A DNA stretch of 64,000 nt, taken from NCBI GenBank assembly GCA_963749495.1, contig CAVVMW010000030.1, positions 1 through 64,000 of the forward strand, in the 5' to 3' direction. The notes under the pieces were generated by a model. It saw only the letters and a list, made by a program, of their open reading frames with translations, was not told the origin of the DNA and did not search any database. Position 1 is the stretch's first letter. The number at the start of each line of letters is the position of its first letter. Position numbers and translations under genes: made by a program. This document shows positions 50,697 to 61,129 of the stretch, piece by piece. Origin of the DNA: an uncultured bacterium. Its GTDB lineage: Bacteria; Verrucomicrobiota; Verrucomicrobiia; Limisphaerales; UBA8199.

Positions 50697-50945
50697 TTGT
50701 TCACCTGCGCCGCCGGAGATATAAGGGGACATCAGCCATTGCCACGAGCCGCTGACTCGCTCCTGTTTCCGCCAACGACCCGCGTGCGGTGAACGCCTAA
50801 TAAACTCGCGAATTGGAATGACCCACCAGCTTCCATTCTGGCGTGGGCAGGGTGAAGGGTTGGGAACGTTCACCCGGCTGACTTCTCGCATCTGCTTCCG
50901 GCGGTTTCCTGGCCCAGAACTCCCACATCTCGACGAAAGGTCAAC
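50697..50945 (+). promoter_or_regulatory. Conserved long 5' leader, copy 2, with sigma70-like promoter
   Basis: TTGTTC-N17-TATAAG; same conserved blocks as 12667 and 53636. Confidence 0.75.
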
Positions 50946-51935
50946 ATGAACCATCCACTCCACCTGACATCTATCACCCTGCTGCTGGCAGCCTCCAACC
51001 TCCCCGCTGCCACGCATTACGTATCCCTGGGGAGCGCGAACCCGACGCCGCTCTACACTAATTGGGTGACGGCAGCCACGAACATCCAGCAGACGTTGAA
51101 CGCGGCGGCGGCAGCCGATGTGGTCGTGGTGACCAACGGAGTTTACGCGGGGCGCGTAAATGTTACCAACGCCCTGACACTACTGAGCGCCAACGGCCCG
51201 CAGTTCACGGTAATCGATGGCGGCGGGGCGATTGGCTGCGCGTACCTGCGCAACAGAGCCATCCTGTCGGGATTCACCTTGACTAACGGGGTGGATTTTT
51301 ACAACACGGCTTCTTCAAGTGGAGCGAATTACGACGGCAATACCGCGAACTACTGCTGCACGATGCCCTTGCCCACCAGCGGTGTCGCTAACATCACGAA
51401 CGCACCGCTGTTCGTGGATTACGCCGGAGGCAACCTGCGCCTGCAGTCCAACTCCCCGTGCATCAATTCCGGGAACAACGCCTACGTGTCTGGCACCACC
51501 GACCTTGACGGCAACCCGCGCATTGTGAGCGGCACGGTGGACATCGGCGCTTACGAATACCAAGGCACCGGCTCCGTGATTTCCTACGCTTGGCTCCAGC
51601 AATACGGCTTGCCCACCGATGGCACGGCGGATTTTGCCGACCCGGACCACGACGGCCTGAACAACTGGCAGGAGTGGATTTGCGGCACCTGCCCCACCAA
51701 CGCCCTCTCGGTCTTGCGCCTTCTCTCGCCCTCCATCACCAGCACCAACGCGACGGTGAGTTGGCAGAGCGTGGCCGGGGTGAACTACTTTCTGGAGCGG
51801 AGCGCGAATCTAACCTCGCCCTTTATGCTCCTGGCCACGAACATTGTCGGCCAGGCGGGCACCACCAGCTACGGCGACACCAACGGTGCCGGCCCCGGGC
51901 CGTTCTTCTACCGCGTGGGCGTGAAACCCTTTTGA
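50946..51935 (+). CDS. Secreted choice-of-anchor Q protein with Ca-binding DPDHDG motif and FYRV C-terminal domain
   Basis: Paralogue of the 12903 N-terminal half with a shortened beta-helix; DLDGNPRIVSGTVDIGAYE; DPDHDGLNNWQEW. Confidence 0.85.
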   Translation: MNHPLHLTSITLLLAASNLPAATHYVSLGSANPTPLYTNWVTAATNIQQTLNAAAAADVVVVTNGVYAGRVNVTNALTLLSANGPQFTVIDGGGAIGCAYLRNRAILSGFTLTNGVDFYNTASSSGANYDGNTANYCCTMPLPTSGVANITNAPLFVDYAGGNLRLQSNSPCINSGNNAYVSGTTDLDGNPRIVSGTVDIGAYEYQGTGSVISYAWLQQYGLPTDGTADFADPDHDGLNNWQEWICGTCPTNALSVLRLLSPSITSTNATVSWQSVAGVNYFLERSANLTSPFMLLATNIVGQAGTTSYGDTNGAGPGPFFYRVGVKPF

Positions 51936-51979
51936 GACACAGCCGACCCAGGATTCGGCGCCGGAGAGAAAAGGCAAAT

Positions 51980-52060
51980 ATGAACAAACCAATCCATTTG
52001 AGAGTCACCATCCTGCTGCTGGCAGCCTCCAACCTCTCCGCTGCCACGCGCTACTGCGCC
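51980..52060 (+). pseudogene. Signal-peptide remnant of a third paralogue
   Basis: MNKPIHLRVTILLLAASNLSAATRY. Confidence 0.65.
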
Positions 52061-52135
52061 CCCTTGCCCGCGCGACGCGCTGCCGCGCTCAACTCTGCAC
52101 CTTCACTCCGCAACTCAACCTGAACGACTGACTCC

Positions 52136-53062
52136 ATGAAAACGAACCTTCATTCTCCATTCTCCGTTCTGGCCACCTTGCTGGCCGCGCTGGTTGCACT
52201 TTCGACCCTCCACTTTCAACCCGCCTGCGCCCAAACAGCCGACGGTTTTAATCCGGGGGCGAGCTATACGGTGTCTTCGCTGGCGGTGCAGGCGGACGGG
52301 AAGATTCTGGTGGGCGGCAGTTTCACCACGCTGGGCGGCCAGACCTGCAACTACATCGGGCGGCTGAATGCGGACGGGACACTGGACACCGGGTTCAATC
52401 CGGGGGCGAACTCTCCGGTGGTTTCGCTGGCGGTGCAGGCGGACGGGAAGATTCTGGTGGGCGGCAGTTTCACCACGCTGGGCGGCCAGACGCGCAACAA
52501 CATCGGGCGGTTGAACAACACCGAGCCGGCGACCCAGAGCCTGAGCTTCGAAGGCTCGACCATCACCTGGCTGCGCGGCGGCGCCAGCCCGGAAGTCTGG
52601 CGCACGACCTTCGACTACTCGACCAATGGCACGGATTGGGCCAGCCTCGGAGCGGGCACACGCACTGCCGGCCTGCCTGCCGGTCAGGCAGGAGGCTGGC
52701 AGTTGACCAGCGTTTCGCTGCCTTCCGCCAGCGGCACCATTCGCGCGCGCGGCTATGTCACCGGCGGCGAATATAATGGTTCGAGCTGGTTTGTGGAAAG
52801 CGACGTTCAGCTTACGGGTGTGGCGAGCCCTCCGCCGGTGATCCTGGTGAATGACCCCAGCTTTGGCTTCAGTTCCAATCGCTTCGGGTTCAAGTTCAGC
52901 GGGACCGCCGGGCAGGTGGTGATTGTGGAAACCTCGACCGACCTCGCAAGCTGGACCCCCGTGGCCACCAACACCCTCGCCGCCACGCCGTCCTATTTCA
53001 GCGACCCCTATTCCGGCAACTTCCCGCAGAGATTCTATCGCTTGCGGACCACGGCCCCGTAA
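52136..53062 (+). CDS. Secreted delta-60 repeat protein (2 repeats) with RFYRL domain
   Basis: Close paralogue of the 3' part of 14578-16173. Confidence 0.88.
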   Translation: MKTNLHSPFSVLATLLAALVALSTLHFQPACAQTADGFNPGASYTVSSLAVQADGKILVGGSFTTLGGQTCNYIGRLNADGTLDTGFNPGANSPVVSLAVQADGKILVGGSFTTLGGQTRNNIGRLNNTEPATQSLSFEGSTITWLRGGASPEVWRTTFDYSTNGTDWASLGAGTRTAGLPAGQAGGWQLTSVSLPSASGTIRARGYVTGGEYNGSSWFVESDVQLTGVASPPPVILVNDPSFGFSSNRFGFKFSGTAGQVVIVETSTDLASWTPVATNTLAATPSYFSDPYSGNFPQRFYRLRTTAP

Positions 53063-53105
53063 ACCGCCGTGCATTACATGAACACTCCACTTGGTCTGAC
53101 ACTTA

Positions 53106-53266
53106 GGAGGCCATTCAAAATAACATGAACACTTTCGCTTGGTCTTTTGACCGCTGGCTTCGTTGCTCGCTCGTTACAGACCGCTCCGGGTATGCTCCTC
53201 GCTCCCGCCTCGCCAGCGGTCAAAATCCCTGCGCGCCAGTTGTCCATGTTATTTTGAATAGCCTCC
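53106..53266. mobile_element. 161-bp MITE with 22-bp terminal inverted repeats and TTA direct repeats
   Basis: GGAGGCCATTCAAAATAACATG / CATGTTATTTTGAATAGCCTCC; internal TTTTGACCGCTGGC..GCCAGCGGTCAAAA stem. Confidence 0.8.
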
Positions 53267-53429
53267 TTAGCACCTTATTCACCCGCGCAGCGTCAAGGGA
53301 ATCGGCGGGCCGCAAAAAGCAATTTCCTGTCAGTAAGGAATATGATTTCCGGCCTGAAGGCGTGAAGCTCATTGGGAGGAGGGGGCAAGCGAACTTGGGA
53401 CCGTTGAGGGCCGGAAAAGCAGTTTGACA

Positions 53430-53626
53430 ACGGGCCCCCAAATCCTCGCTTAAGGATCTCGGATGTGGAGCATCCAGCAGTCGAATCAAGCATCTTCAGA
53501 TTCGATGCCAATCGACACAGCATATAGAACCGCGGAAGACGCGAAATACGCGGAACAGGGCCTTTTCCGCGTATTCTGCGTCTTCCGCGGTTGTCAGAAT
53601 GCGCTTAGCCGAGGATTTGGGGGGCC
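53430..53626. repeat. Nested inverted repeats (GGCCCCCAAATCCTCG arms; 9-nt-unit arms at 53528-53592)
   Basis: AACCGCGGAAGACGCGAAATACGCGGAA / TTCCGCGTATTCTGCGTCTTCCGCGGTT. Confidence 0.75.
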
Positions 53627-53635
53627 GAATTCGAC

Positions 53636-53895
53636 TTGCTTTTGGGAGCGGCCTTATCCAGAATTACTGCTAGTCGCTTTCGGGGGCCGCTGACTCGCTT
53701 CTGTTCCTGCCAACGACCCGCGTGCGGCACAGGCCCGGTAAACCGGCATGGATTGCCAGCTTTCAGTCTCGCAGGGGCAGGGCGAGTGGTTTGGAGCGCT
53801 CACCCGACTGATTTCTGCAACCTCCGTCCGGCGGTTTATTCCCGGTGAATTTCGATTCCTGGGGGGCATCTGCATTCTTCGAGGACAAGGTCAAC
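53636..53895 (+). promoter_or_regulatory. Conserved long 5' leader, copy 3, with sigma70-like promoter
   Basis: TTGCTT-N17-CAGAAT; same conserved blocks. Confidence 0.72.
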
Positions 53896-53921
53896 TTCAT
53901 CACGTCCACATCAAAGAGAAT

Positions 53922-54140
53922 ATGAAATCCAGAAACCCGATTTGCGGCCTTTCCGCTGCGGTCCTTTTGCAGTCGTGGGCGTGGGCGGGGTCAGACCGTG
54001 GAAAGGGCCATTCCGAACGGACAAAGCTGGGCTTTTTCTACGGTCTGACCCCACCCATTCATTCACCGGCCATGATGGCGCGCCTCCCAATGGGCTGGTG
54101 CAGGGCAGCGACGGCAATTTCTATGGCACGACTGAAGGGT
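53922..54140 (+). pseudogene. Remnants of a secreted repeat protein (signal + GLVQGSDGNFYGTT repeat)
   Basis: MKSRNPICGLSAAVLLQSWAWAG; HSFTGHDGAPPNGLVQGSDGNFYGTT. Confidence 0.65.
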
Positions 54141-54217
54141 TTTCGCAGCGTGTGGAGTTCACCCGTTCGTCATTCGTCATTCCTCATTTCTCTCGCCCCT
54201 CAACCCCTAACCCTTCT

Positions 54218-56743
54218 ATGAAAAGCATCCCAACCAATCTATCAGCCGGTCTGCTCCTGGCCGCCTTGGCCATGGCGGCGACGAGTAACGCCGCAGCCCA
54301 GGAATACACCTTCACCACCCTGGCCGGACCCGACGAGAGTCCTGGCGCCGTTGACGGCACGGCCAGCGCGGCCCGCTTCTACCAACCGTGGGGCGTGGCG
54401 GTGGACAGCGCGGGCATCGTGTACGTGGCGGACACGGGCAACAACACGATTCGCAAGGTGACGCCGGGCGGGGTGGTGACGACCCTGGCGGGCCTGGCAG
54501 GAAGCTCGGGCAGCGCCGACGGCACGGGCAGCGCGGCGCGCTTCTTCTATCCGATGGGCGTGGCGGTGGACAGCGCCGGCAACGTCTATGTGGCGGACCA
54601 CGACAACTGCACGATTCGGAAGGTGACGCCGGGCGGGGCGGTAACGACGCTGGCGGGCCTGGCGGGAAGCTCTGGCAGCGCCGACGGCACGGGCAGCGCG
54701 GCGCGGTTCTTCTATCCAGAGGGCGTGGCGGTGGACAGGGCGGGCAACGTGTTTGTGGCAGACACCTGGAACCAGACGATTCGGAAGGTGACGCCGGGCG
54801 GGGTGGTGACGACGCTGGCGGGCCTGGCGGGAAGCTCTGGCAGCGCCGACGGCACGGGTAGCGCGGCGTGGTTCTTCTATCCAGAGGGCGTGGCGGTGGA
54901 CAGGGCGGGCAACGTGTTTGTGGCAGACACCTGGAACCAGACGATTCGGAAGGTGACGCCGGGCGGGGTGGTGACGACGCTGGCGGGCCTGGCGGGAAGC
55001 TATGGCAGCGCCGACGGCACGGGCAGCGTGGCGCGGTTCTGCTACCCATCCGGCGTGGCGGTTGACAGCGCGGCCAACGTGTACGTGGGGGACAGCGAGA
55101 ACTGCACGATTCGGAAGGTGACGCCGGGCGGCGTGGTGACGACCCTGGCGGGCCTGGCGGGAGCCCAAGGCAGCGCCGACGGCACGGGTAGCGCGGCGCG
55201 GTTCAACGCCCCTTATGGCGTGGCGCTGGACAGCGCCGACAACGTTTATGTGGCGGACAGCAACAACCAGACGATTCGGAAGGTGACGCCGGGCGGGGTG
55301 GTGACCACGCCGGCGGGCTTGGCGGTAGCCTGGGGCAGCGCCGACGGCACGGGCAGCGCGGCGCGGTTCGCCCAGCCATGCGGCGTGGCGGTGGACAGCG
55401 CGGGCAACGTCCTTGTGGCGGACAGCGACAACCACACGATTCGGAAGGTGACGCCGGGCGGGGCGGTAACGACGCTCGCGGGCCTGGCGGGAAGCGCTGG
55501 CAGCGCCGACGGCACGGGCAGCGCGGCGCGGTTCTTCTATCCAGAGGGCGTGGCGGTGGACAGGGCGGGCAACGTGTTTGTGGCGGACACGGTGAACTCC
55601 ACGATTCGGAAGGTGACGCCGGGCGGGGTGGTGACGACCCTGGCCGGCCTGGCGGGAAGCTCTGGCAGCGCCGACGGCACGGCCAGCGCGGCGCGGTTCA
55701 ACGTCCCATCCGGCGTGGCGGTGGACAGCGCGGGCAACGTCTATGTGGCGGCCTGTGGCAACAACACGATTCGGATTGGCGCAACGAACACCTGCCTGGA
55801 TGCGCCCACGATTGACCTGGCTGTCGGGCCGGTGGGTGAGACCCGCCAACTGGATACCAGCCCGCAAACCGCCGTCGCTTGGCAGTGGAGCGTTATCCGC
55901 CGCCCAGCCGACTCGGTGGCTGTCATCTCTGCCGCCAATATTCGCAATCCCACGTTCACGCCCGAGGTCGGGGATTTGTACGTTTTCCGGCTTGAAGCCA
56001 CCAACGCCGCCGGGGCGATCTGTATCCGCACGCTGGACTTTACCGCGGTGCCGCCGCCTCCGAGCATAACAACGCCGCCTCTGACACAGACCGCTGAGAT
56101 GGGGTCACTTGCCTTCTTCTCGGTGGAAGTGACGAATACGCCGCCGGAATCAACTTACTACCAATGGTACTTTAGCGGCACCAAGGCGCTCGGCGGTGCC
56201 ACCAACTCTTACCTCGACCTGACCAACGTCCAACCCGTCCAGGCTGGGGCTTACACGGTGGTCGTCACGAACCTCGTGGGGGCGGTGACCAGCGACCCGG
56301 CCCTGCTGAGCGTCATCCCGCCAGTCGAGAGAAAAGTCGTGCCCGCCGTTGGTTTGCCGGGCGGCACCGGCACACTTCTGCACCTTGAGTATGCCGACAG
56401 TCTGGTCGCCGCCGCCACAACATGGTCCTCCTTTACGAACGTGACCCTGACCAGCGGGACGCAACTGTGCTTTGACCTTTCCCAGCCGCTGCCCGCGCAA
56501 CGGTTTTACCGCGCCTGGCAGACCAGCGGACCGCAGCCCGCCCTGGTCATGAGCATGGCCACCGAGATTCCGCTGACCGGGGCGATTGGCAGTTCGGTGC
56601 GGATTGATTACATCAACCAGTTCGGCCCGACCAACGCCTGGGTGAGGCTGGACACGATAACCCTGACCACATCGCCGCAACTTTACTTCGATGCCACCGC
56701 ATTCCGGCAGCCCCCCCGGCTTTATCGGCTGCGAGTGCCGTGA
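54218..56743 (+). CDS. Secreted NHL-repeat beta-propeller protein (9 x 55 aa) with Ig domain and tandem C-terminal domains
   Basis: GSADGTGSAARF..P.GVAVD.AGNV.VAD..N.TIRKVTPGG repeats; AQRFYRA and PPRLYRL tails. Confidence 0.92.
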   Translation: MKSIPTNLSAGLLLAALAMAATSNAAAQEYTFTTLAGPDESPGAVDGTASAARFYQPWGVAVDSAGIVYVADTGNNTIRKVTPGGVVTTLAGLAGSSGSADGTGSAARFFYPMGVAVDSAGNVYVADHDNCTIRKVTPGGAVTTLAGLAGSSGSADGTGSAARFFYPEGVAVDRAGNVFVADTWNQTIRKVTPGGVVTTLAGLAGSSGSADGTGSAAWFFYPEGVAVDRAGNVFVADTWNQTIRKVTPGGVVTTLAGLAGSYGSADGTGSVARFCYPSGVAVDSAANVYVGDSENCTIRKVTPGGVVTTLAGLAGAQGSADGTGSAARFNAPYGVALDSADNVYVADSNNQTIRKVTPGGVVTTPAGLAVAWGSADGTGSAARFAQPCGVAVDSAGNVLVADSDNHTIRKVTPGGAVTTLAGLAGSAGSADGTGSAARFFYPEGVAVDRAGNVFVADTVNSTIRKVTPGGVVTTLAGLAGSSGSADGTASAARFNVPSGVAVDSAGNVYVAACGNNTIRIGATNTCLDAPTIDLAVGPVGETRQLDTSPQTAVAWQWSVIRRPADSVAVISAANIRNPTFTPEVGDLYVFRLEATNAAGAICIRTLDFTAVPPPPSITTPPLTQTAEMGSLAFFSVEVTNTPPESTYYQWYFSGTKALGGATNSYLDLTNVQPVQAGAYTVVVTNLVGAVTSDPALLSVIPPVERKVVPAVGLPGGTGTLLHLEYADSLVAAATTWSSFTNVTLTSGTQLCFDLSQPLPAQRFYRAWQTSGPQPALVMSMATEIPLTGAIGSSVRIDYINQFGPTNAWVRLDTITLTTSPQLYFDATAFRQPPRLYRLRVP

Positions 56744-56778
56744 CGCCCTGGTTGGATTTGTTTCGCAGACGGCCCCGG

Positions 56779-56882
56779 CTTGGTGCCAGCAAAAGGCCGG
56801 CAAAGAGCTTTCGCCCAGCCAGCGAGAGGCGCTCAAACAGGCGCTGGCCAGCCGGGTGCTCATCATCACGGGCGGGCCGGGT
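56779..56882 (+). pseudogene. RecD2-like helicase fragment (copy 1)
   Basis: ELSPSQREALKQALASRVLIITGGPG. Confidence 0.75.
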
Positions 56883-57104
56883 ATGGTGCTGGGCAGCCTG
56901 ACTGACAGCGGCGTGGTGCCTGCCTGCGCCTCGTTTTTGCGGCAGCGGGATGTTAACAGTTGTTGACATCCGCGACGACTTCCAAGCCGCGGCATCCGCC
57001 GCCCTGGATGTCTGCGCCGTCCACCTGGCTAGGCCCATCGGATATAGTCGTCAAGGTCATGGCCGATGCCATCGTCGAAGTCCCTGGCCGGGCTGAATGT
57101 CGAG

Positions 57105-57250
57105 AACGAGGCGGCTGGTGCCCCAAGGGCCAAAAGGCCGAGCGACGGCACCGTGGTCTTTTCCATTGCCCCGGTTCTGACGGGCGGCTCCAAGAAAACG
57201 GTGGAACTGGCGCACAAGCACCGCAAGCCGGTCATCCACATCTCGCTGGA
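57105..57250 (+). pseudogene. SLOG/putative molybdenum-carrier family fragment
   Basis: GGWCPKG.KAE joined to SDGTVVFS..LTGGSKKTVELA..KP.IHI. Confidence 0.65.
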
Positions 57251-57395
57251 CGGCAGCCCCTTTACCGAAAAAGCGGCTTGCTCTCCGGAGAGGCAGGGTG
57301 CAAGGATGATGGACATGAATTGGAGAGCGATTGACAGGCCCGGCATCATCCTTGCCCTGGCGGAGGCGGCACAGTAGGCAACCCGGAGATGCGCC

Positions 57396-58130
57396 GTGGC
57401 GAGAACATTCTTTGAAGCGATTGGATACAAGCTCGGCCAGAAAGCCGCGCAGGCCAAAAACGCCTTTGACCTCATTGGCGGGACGGAGGAGGAGTCCTTG
57501 CGCGCCGAAATACGTCTGGGCCGCGACCTGGCCGCAGCCCTGCTGGAGAGGACTCCCCTGATTCAGGAGAATGAGACCACAAGATTCGTGGCGCAAATTG
57601 CGAGTTGGTTGGCGGCGAACGTGAGGGAGAAGAAGCTCCCCTTGAGTGTCCGGGTGACGGCGGAGCGGGAGCCGAATGCGTTTGCCCTCCCAGGCGGGCC
57701 GGTTTTCGTGAGCTGGCCGTTGTTGGAAATGTGCCAGGGCCAGCGGGACGAGATCGCATTCGTACTTGGCCATGAGATGGGGCATATCGTGCTGCGGCAC
57801 ACCCTGGATCGGATAGTCAAAGACGCAGTTCTTTCCCTTTTGCTGCGGCAAACCTCCGCCCGGCAGGCTGCCAGCGCCTGGGTGAGCAAGGTGGGGCGGC
57901 AGGTGCTGGTCTGCGCCTACTCCAGGGAGGACGAACTGGAGGCGGATGCCTTCGCCGTGGCTCTGGTCAGAACCGCTGGCGGGGACGCGTTGGCAGGGGA
58001 GCGCCTGTTGGAGAAACTCGCTCAAAGCAACTCTGGCCGGGGCGTCGGCGTCGCGGGCGATTACTTCGCAACCCACCCGCCCCTCCCAGAGCGAGTCGCC
58101 CATCTGCGGGCCAAAAGACCCCCATCCTGA
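57396..58130 (+). CDS. M48 family zinc metallopeptidase
   Basis: PNAFALPGG, VLGHEMGH, YSREDELEAD, ATHP...ERV. Confidence 0.93.
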   Translation: MARTFFEAIGYKLGQKAAQAKNAFDLIGGTEEESLRAEIRLGRDLAAALLERTPLIQENETTRFVAQIASWLAANVREKKLPLSVRVTAEREPNAFALPGGPVFVSWPLLEMCQGQRDEIAFVLGHEMGHIVLRHTLDRIVKDAVLSLLLRQTSARQAASAWVSKVGRQVLVCAYSREDELEADAFAVALVRTAGGDALAGERLLEKLAQSNSGRGVGVAGDYFATHPPLPERVAHLRAKRPPS

Positions 58131-58161
58131 CCTGAAGCGCCTGAATCCTTGGTTGCGCAGT

Positions 58162-58345
58162 TTACTCTCCGCTCGCCATGTGGAAATACATGGATTGCAG
58201 GGCGATTTTTCCCGGCCCGGTGAAGCGGTTCCAGCAAATCTGGCCCGCGCTGGCGAAAAGCCCTGTGGAGAGCTTTTGAAACATAGTTTGCACCTGCAGC
58301 GTTCGGTCCTTGTAAATCCAGCCGCCCGGTTCGATGTCATCAAGG
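58162..58345 (-). pseudogene. AIM24-family C-terminal fragment
   Basis: DIEPGGWIYKD..WNRFTGPGKIALQSMY. Confidence 0.6.
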
Positions 58346-58544
58346 CACGCGGCGGGCGCGGCAAACGGAGCCAGGCCATAGACAAGGTGCGGCACGCAGC
58401 GGTCATGCTGCTGCGCGGTGAATCCATGGACAGCGCGGCCACGGCGGCGGGGTTCAAGGGCATTGGGTCCGGCCGTCATGCCGTGCGGTCTGGTCATGTG
58501 CTGGCACGGGCAGCGCGCCGGTTGGGCGTGTGTTTCTACCTCTG

Positions 58545-58956
58545 CCAGCCCGTACCCGGCACCACGTCTTCGATCCCACTCTGCCAACACCGGCCGGACA
58601 TCCTCTAGTGTGAGGGTTCGCCCAGCCAGCTTTGTGTCGCTGCCATAATAGGCGACGTGTAGCTGGTTGGTAGGCCCCTTGCCGACCGGCTCGACTTGAT
58701 ACGAAATCGTGATCCTCTCTCTTGGAGCCGGCCCACTCTCCTCCGCGCCCGGCGCTTCGTAGGACTCCATCTCGCCAATCCAGCGGTATCCGTCCGGCGT
58801 TTTGCGAAAATGGACCAACCGCCCCATCGCCCGAGTGAAAATGTAGAGGTTCGCATCTGCGCCAGCAGGCCACGTCCCCAGCCGAATCTCTGCTGTCTCT
58901 GGAAGCGGCGTTTGGAAGGGAGTGAGGCCAAGTTCGGGCCGGTCAACCCTCTGCAT
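58545..58956 (-). pseudogene. Hypothetical protein fragment
   Basis: FRKTPDGYRWIGEME..ERITISYQ..LTLEDVRPVLAEW, protein-like. Confidence 0.45.
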
Positions 58957-59747
58957 TGAAGTGGATTCATGGCGTTTGAGGCGGTGCCGTGCCCGGCCTG
59001 GGCCTGCCAGAAGCCAGAGCTGCCCCAGCCGTGCAGGCTCGGGGCATTTTCGGCAGCTTTCTGCCAACATTCACTGGTGCCAATGGCCGTCCAATGGGCC
59101 GCTCGCGTCGAGACCGGCCACGGGCGCGCCTCAAGGCAGCGCGGCGGGACCGGACAGACTCGCTGCCGCGCGCCAGGTGCTCAGGCACGGGCCGTCCACC
59201 GACCGCCCAGGATTTGGTTTTTGTAGTTCATCCACCAGGCGCGGCTCCCGCCGCCGCCACGTCCGAGGTCAGCGGCAGCAGGACGGCCTGTTTACGGGTT
59301 CTTGGCCGTCTTGGCCAGGGGCGCGTGCGCTGGCTCATGGTGGTGGCGCGCTAGAATGGGGAGTGCAGATTCCTGCGGTGCAGAGGCCCTCGGTCGGGCC
59401 AGGCATGGTCATGGTACTGGGTGGGGCAGCTCCGGCCTCCGGCACCCTCAAACGCCATCAGTCCGCTCAGGGAGAAGGCACAGGCTTCGAGAAGCCAGGA
59501 GTCCGCCAGGAAGCTGCGGCGGCTCCAAGCGCCAGCCAGGCCCCGTGGCCGCTGGCGACGAGACCAGGCTCGACGCTGACCATGGCAGCCGGATGACCTG
59601 GCAGGCCACGGTCGCGCTCCATGTGGCCAAGCCCTGGGCGCGCAACGACCAATCAGACGCCGCTGACCACACGGCCTGCCTCAGTTTACACCTGGGGCGC
59701 TTCTACAGCGCGTAAACCCGGCGCAGGACCGGAAAAGCCAGGATTTG

Positions 59748-59995
59748 AGGTTCGCGGCCTTTCAGCCGGGCAACGGCTCTATGATGCCGCCGCCTCCGTC
59801 TCGGCGGTCTGCGCCCGCCTGGCCTGCTTCAGCAGCAACACCGAGACCTCGGGGCGCACCGATACCCAGCCTGCGCCTGCGGGCCTGGACAGAATGGCGG
59901 GTGCGTCCGATCTTGCGCCCAACCTCGCCATCTGAAGCGGCGCCCAAGAGCGCGTCCTCTGCCGCCGTCCACGCCTTCTGCTGGCGCTGGCTGGG
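59748..59995 (-). repeat. 248-bp inverted duplicate of 30493-30740 (last Myb-like repeat and stop)
   Basis: Near-identical sequence with scattered substitutions. Confidence 0.93.
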
Positions 59996-60139
59996 CCACT
60001 GGCGCCGGGCCAGGAGTGCGAGATGTCCAAGCACTTGGCCGATGCCATGAACGGTCCGTGTTGCATTTTGTCGAGGTAGGCATTAACGGAGACAAACGAG
60101 AACAACAATCCGCCGCCAATTACCTCCCAGCGCCAAGCC

Positions 60140-60233
60140 AGCAGCAACACGGACAGCGCCTGACCCTCGCTGCCGACCGGCTGCCCTTCGTTGAAGTCGC
60201 CCATGATGACGAGGTTGGCCTTCGGGTCGCCGA
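60140..60233 (-). pseudogene. Endonuclease/exonuclease/phosphatase fragment (copy 2)
   Basis: GDPKANLVIMGDFNEGQPVGS. Confidence 0.6.
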
Positions 60234-60606
60234 CTTGCCAAGGCAAAACCGGTGGACTCCGGCCACGCCCAGGAAGGTGAGTAAAACCCACTCCCAACGG
60301 AGTTGGCGGCAATATTTACCCCTTGACACTTCCGGCGCAGCCCGGTATCAGACGGTAATCATGAGTGAGACTAAAAACCAGTCCGTCCTCACCCACGCAG
60401 CGTCAATCAAAGAGCGACGCTTAAAACACCGATTTCATCTCAGTCTTTCCCGTACGGAAACCGCCCGATGGCACCGTGACTCCCGACGACACAATGCCTG
60501 AACCACGAAACAGCCCCCATATTTGGACGCCGCCTGGTCTAGTCCTGGCGCACCCAACAATGTTCCGAGCGTTCGAACTGGACCTCTTTGAAAAAAGCTC
60601 ACGGAG

Positions 60607-60990
60607 TTGAAGGCCAACATCGAAGCAACGGACGAAGCAATTCGCAAGCGTATGGCGTTGGGTCACGAGGCACGCGAGCCAGCTCTTGAAGAGATTAAGG
60701 AAGCAGAAGAGTGGGTTTGCACATGTACACGCGCGCTCTATTCAAGATACGTTAACGCGTTCCTTTGGCACAGCCGTGTCCCGCGAGCAGTTACCGAGGC
60801 GACGCGGCAGAGCCTTCATAGAGCTCTGGACTGTATAACGGTTGAAATCCATTGTCGTATGGCCACACAAAACCGGCTCATGGAGTTTGAGGCCGTCTCC
60901 CAAGGAGTGCAGCCCCCTCTATCAGCGGGAACCATTTTCCACGGATTTGCACTGGGCCGACGAAGGAAGGGGAAAGGGGATGAATCCTGA
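60607..60990 (+). CDS. Hypothetical protein (possibly partial)
   Basis: Lower-GC helical ORF with no motif. Confidence 0.35.
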   Translation: MKANIEATDEAIRKRMALGHEAREPALEEIKEAEEWVCTCTRALYSRYVNAFLWHSRVPRAVTEATRQSLHRALDCITVEIHCRMATQNRLMEFEAVSQGVQPPLSAGTIFHGFALGRRRKGKGDES

Positions 60991-61129
60991 ATCGCGTCTC
61001 GCAGGGTCAATGACGGGGGCCAAAGAAGGCAGTTGCCTGCCATCAGCTTGATTCTCTGAAAATGGCCGGCTTCGAACGCTGCTTGAAGCCACTTCCGTGC
61101 CTGCTCCAAGACGCCCAACCCGCACTCGT

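Noticed and set aside
53942..54217. N-terminal extension of the NHL protein
   Set aside because: Remnant of another gene; the signal peptide begins at ATG 54218.
58960..59745. Coding or RNA gene in this gap (also 40910-41360 and 61410-61950)
   Set aside because: Only low-complexity GC-rich ORFs and no recognisable motif; cannot support a call.
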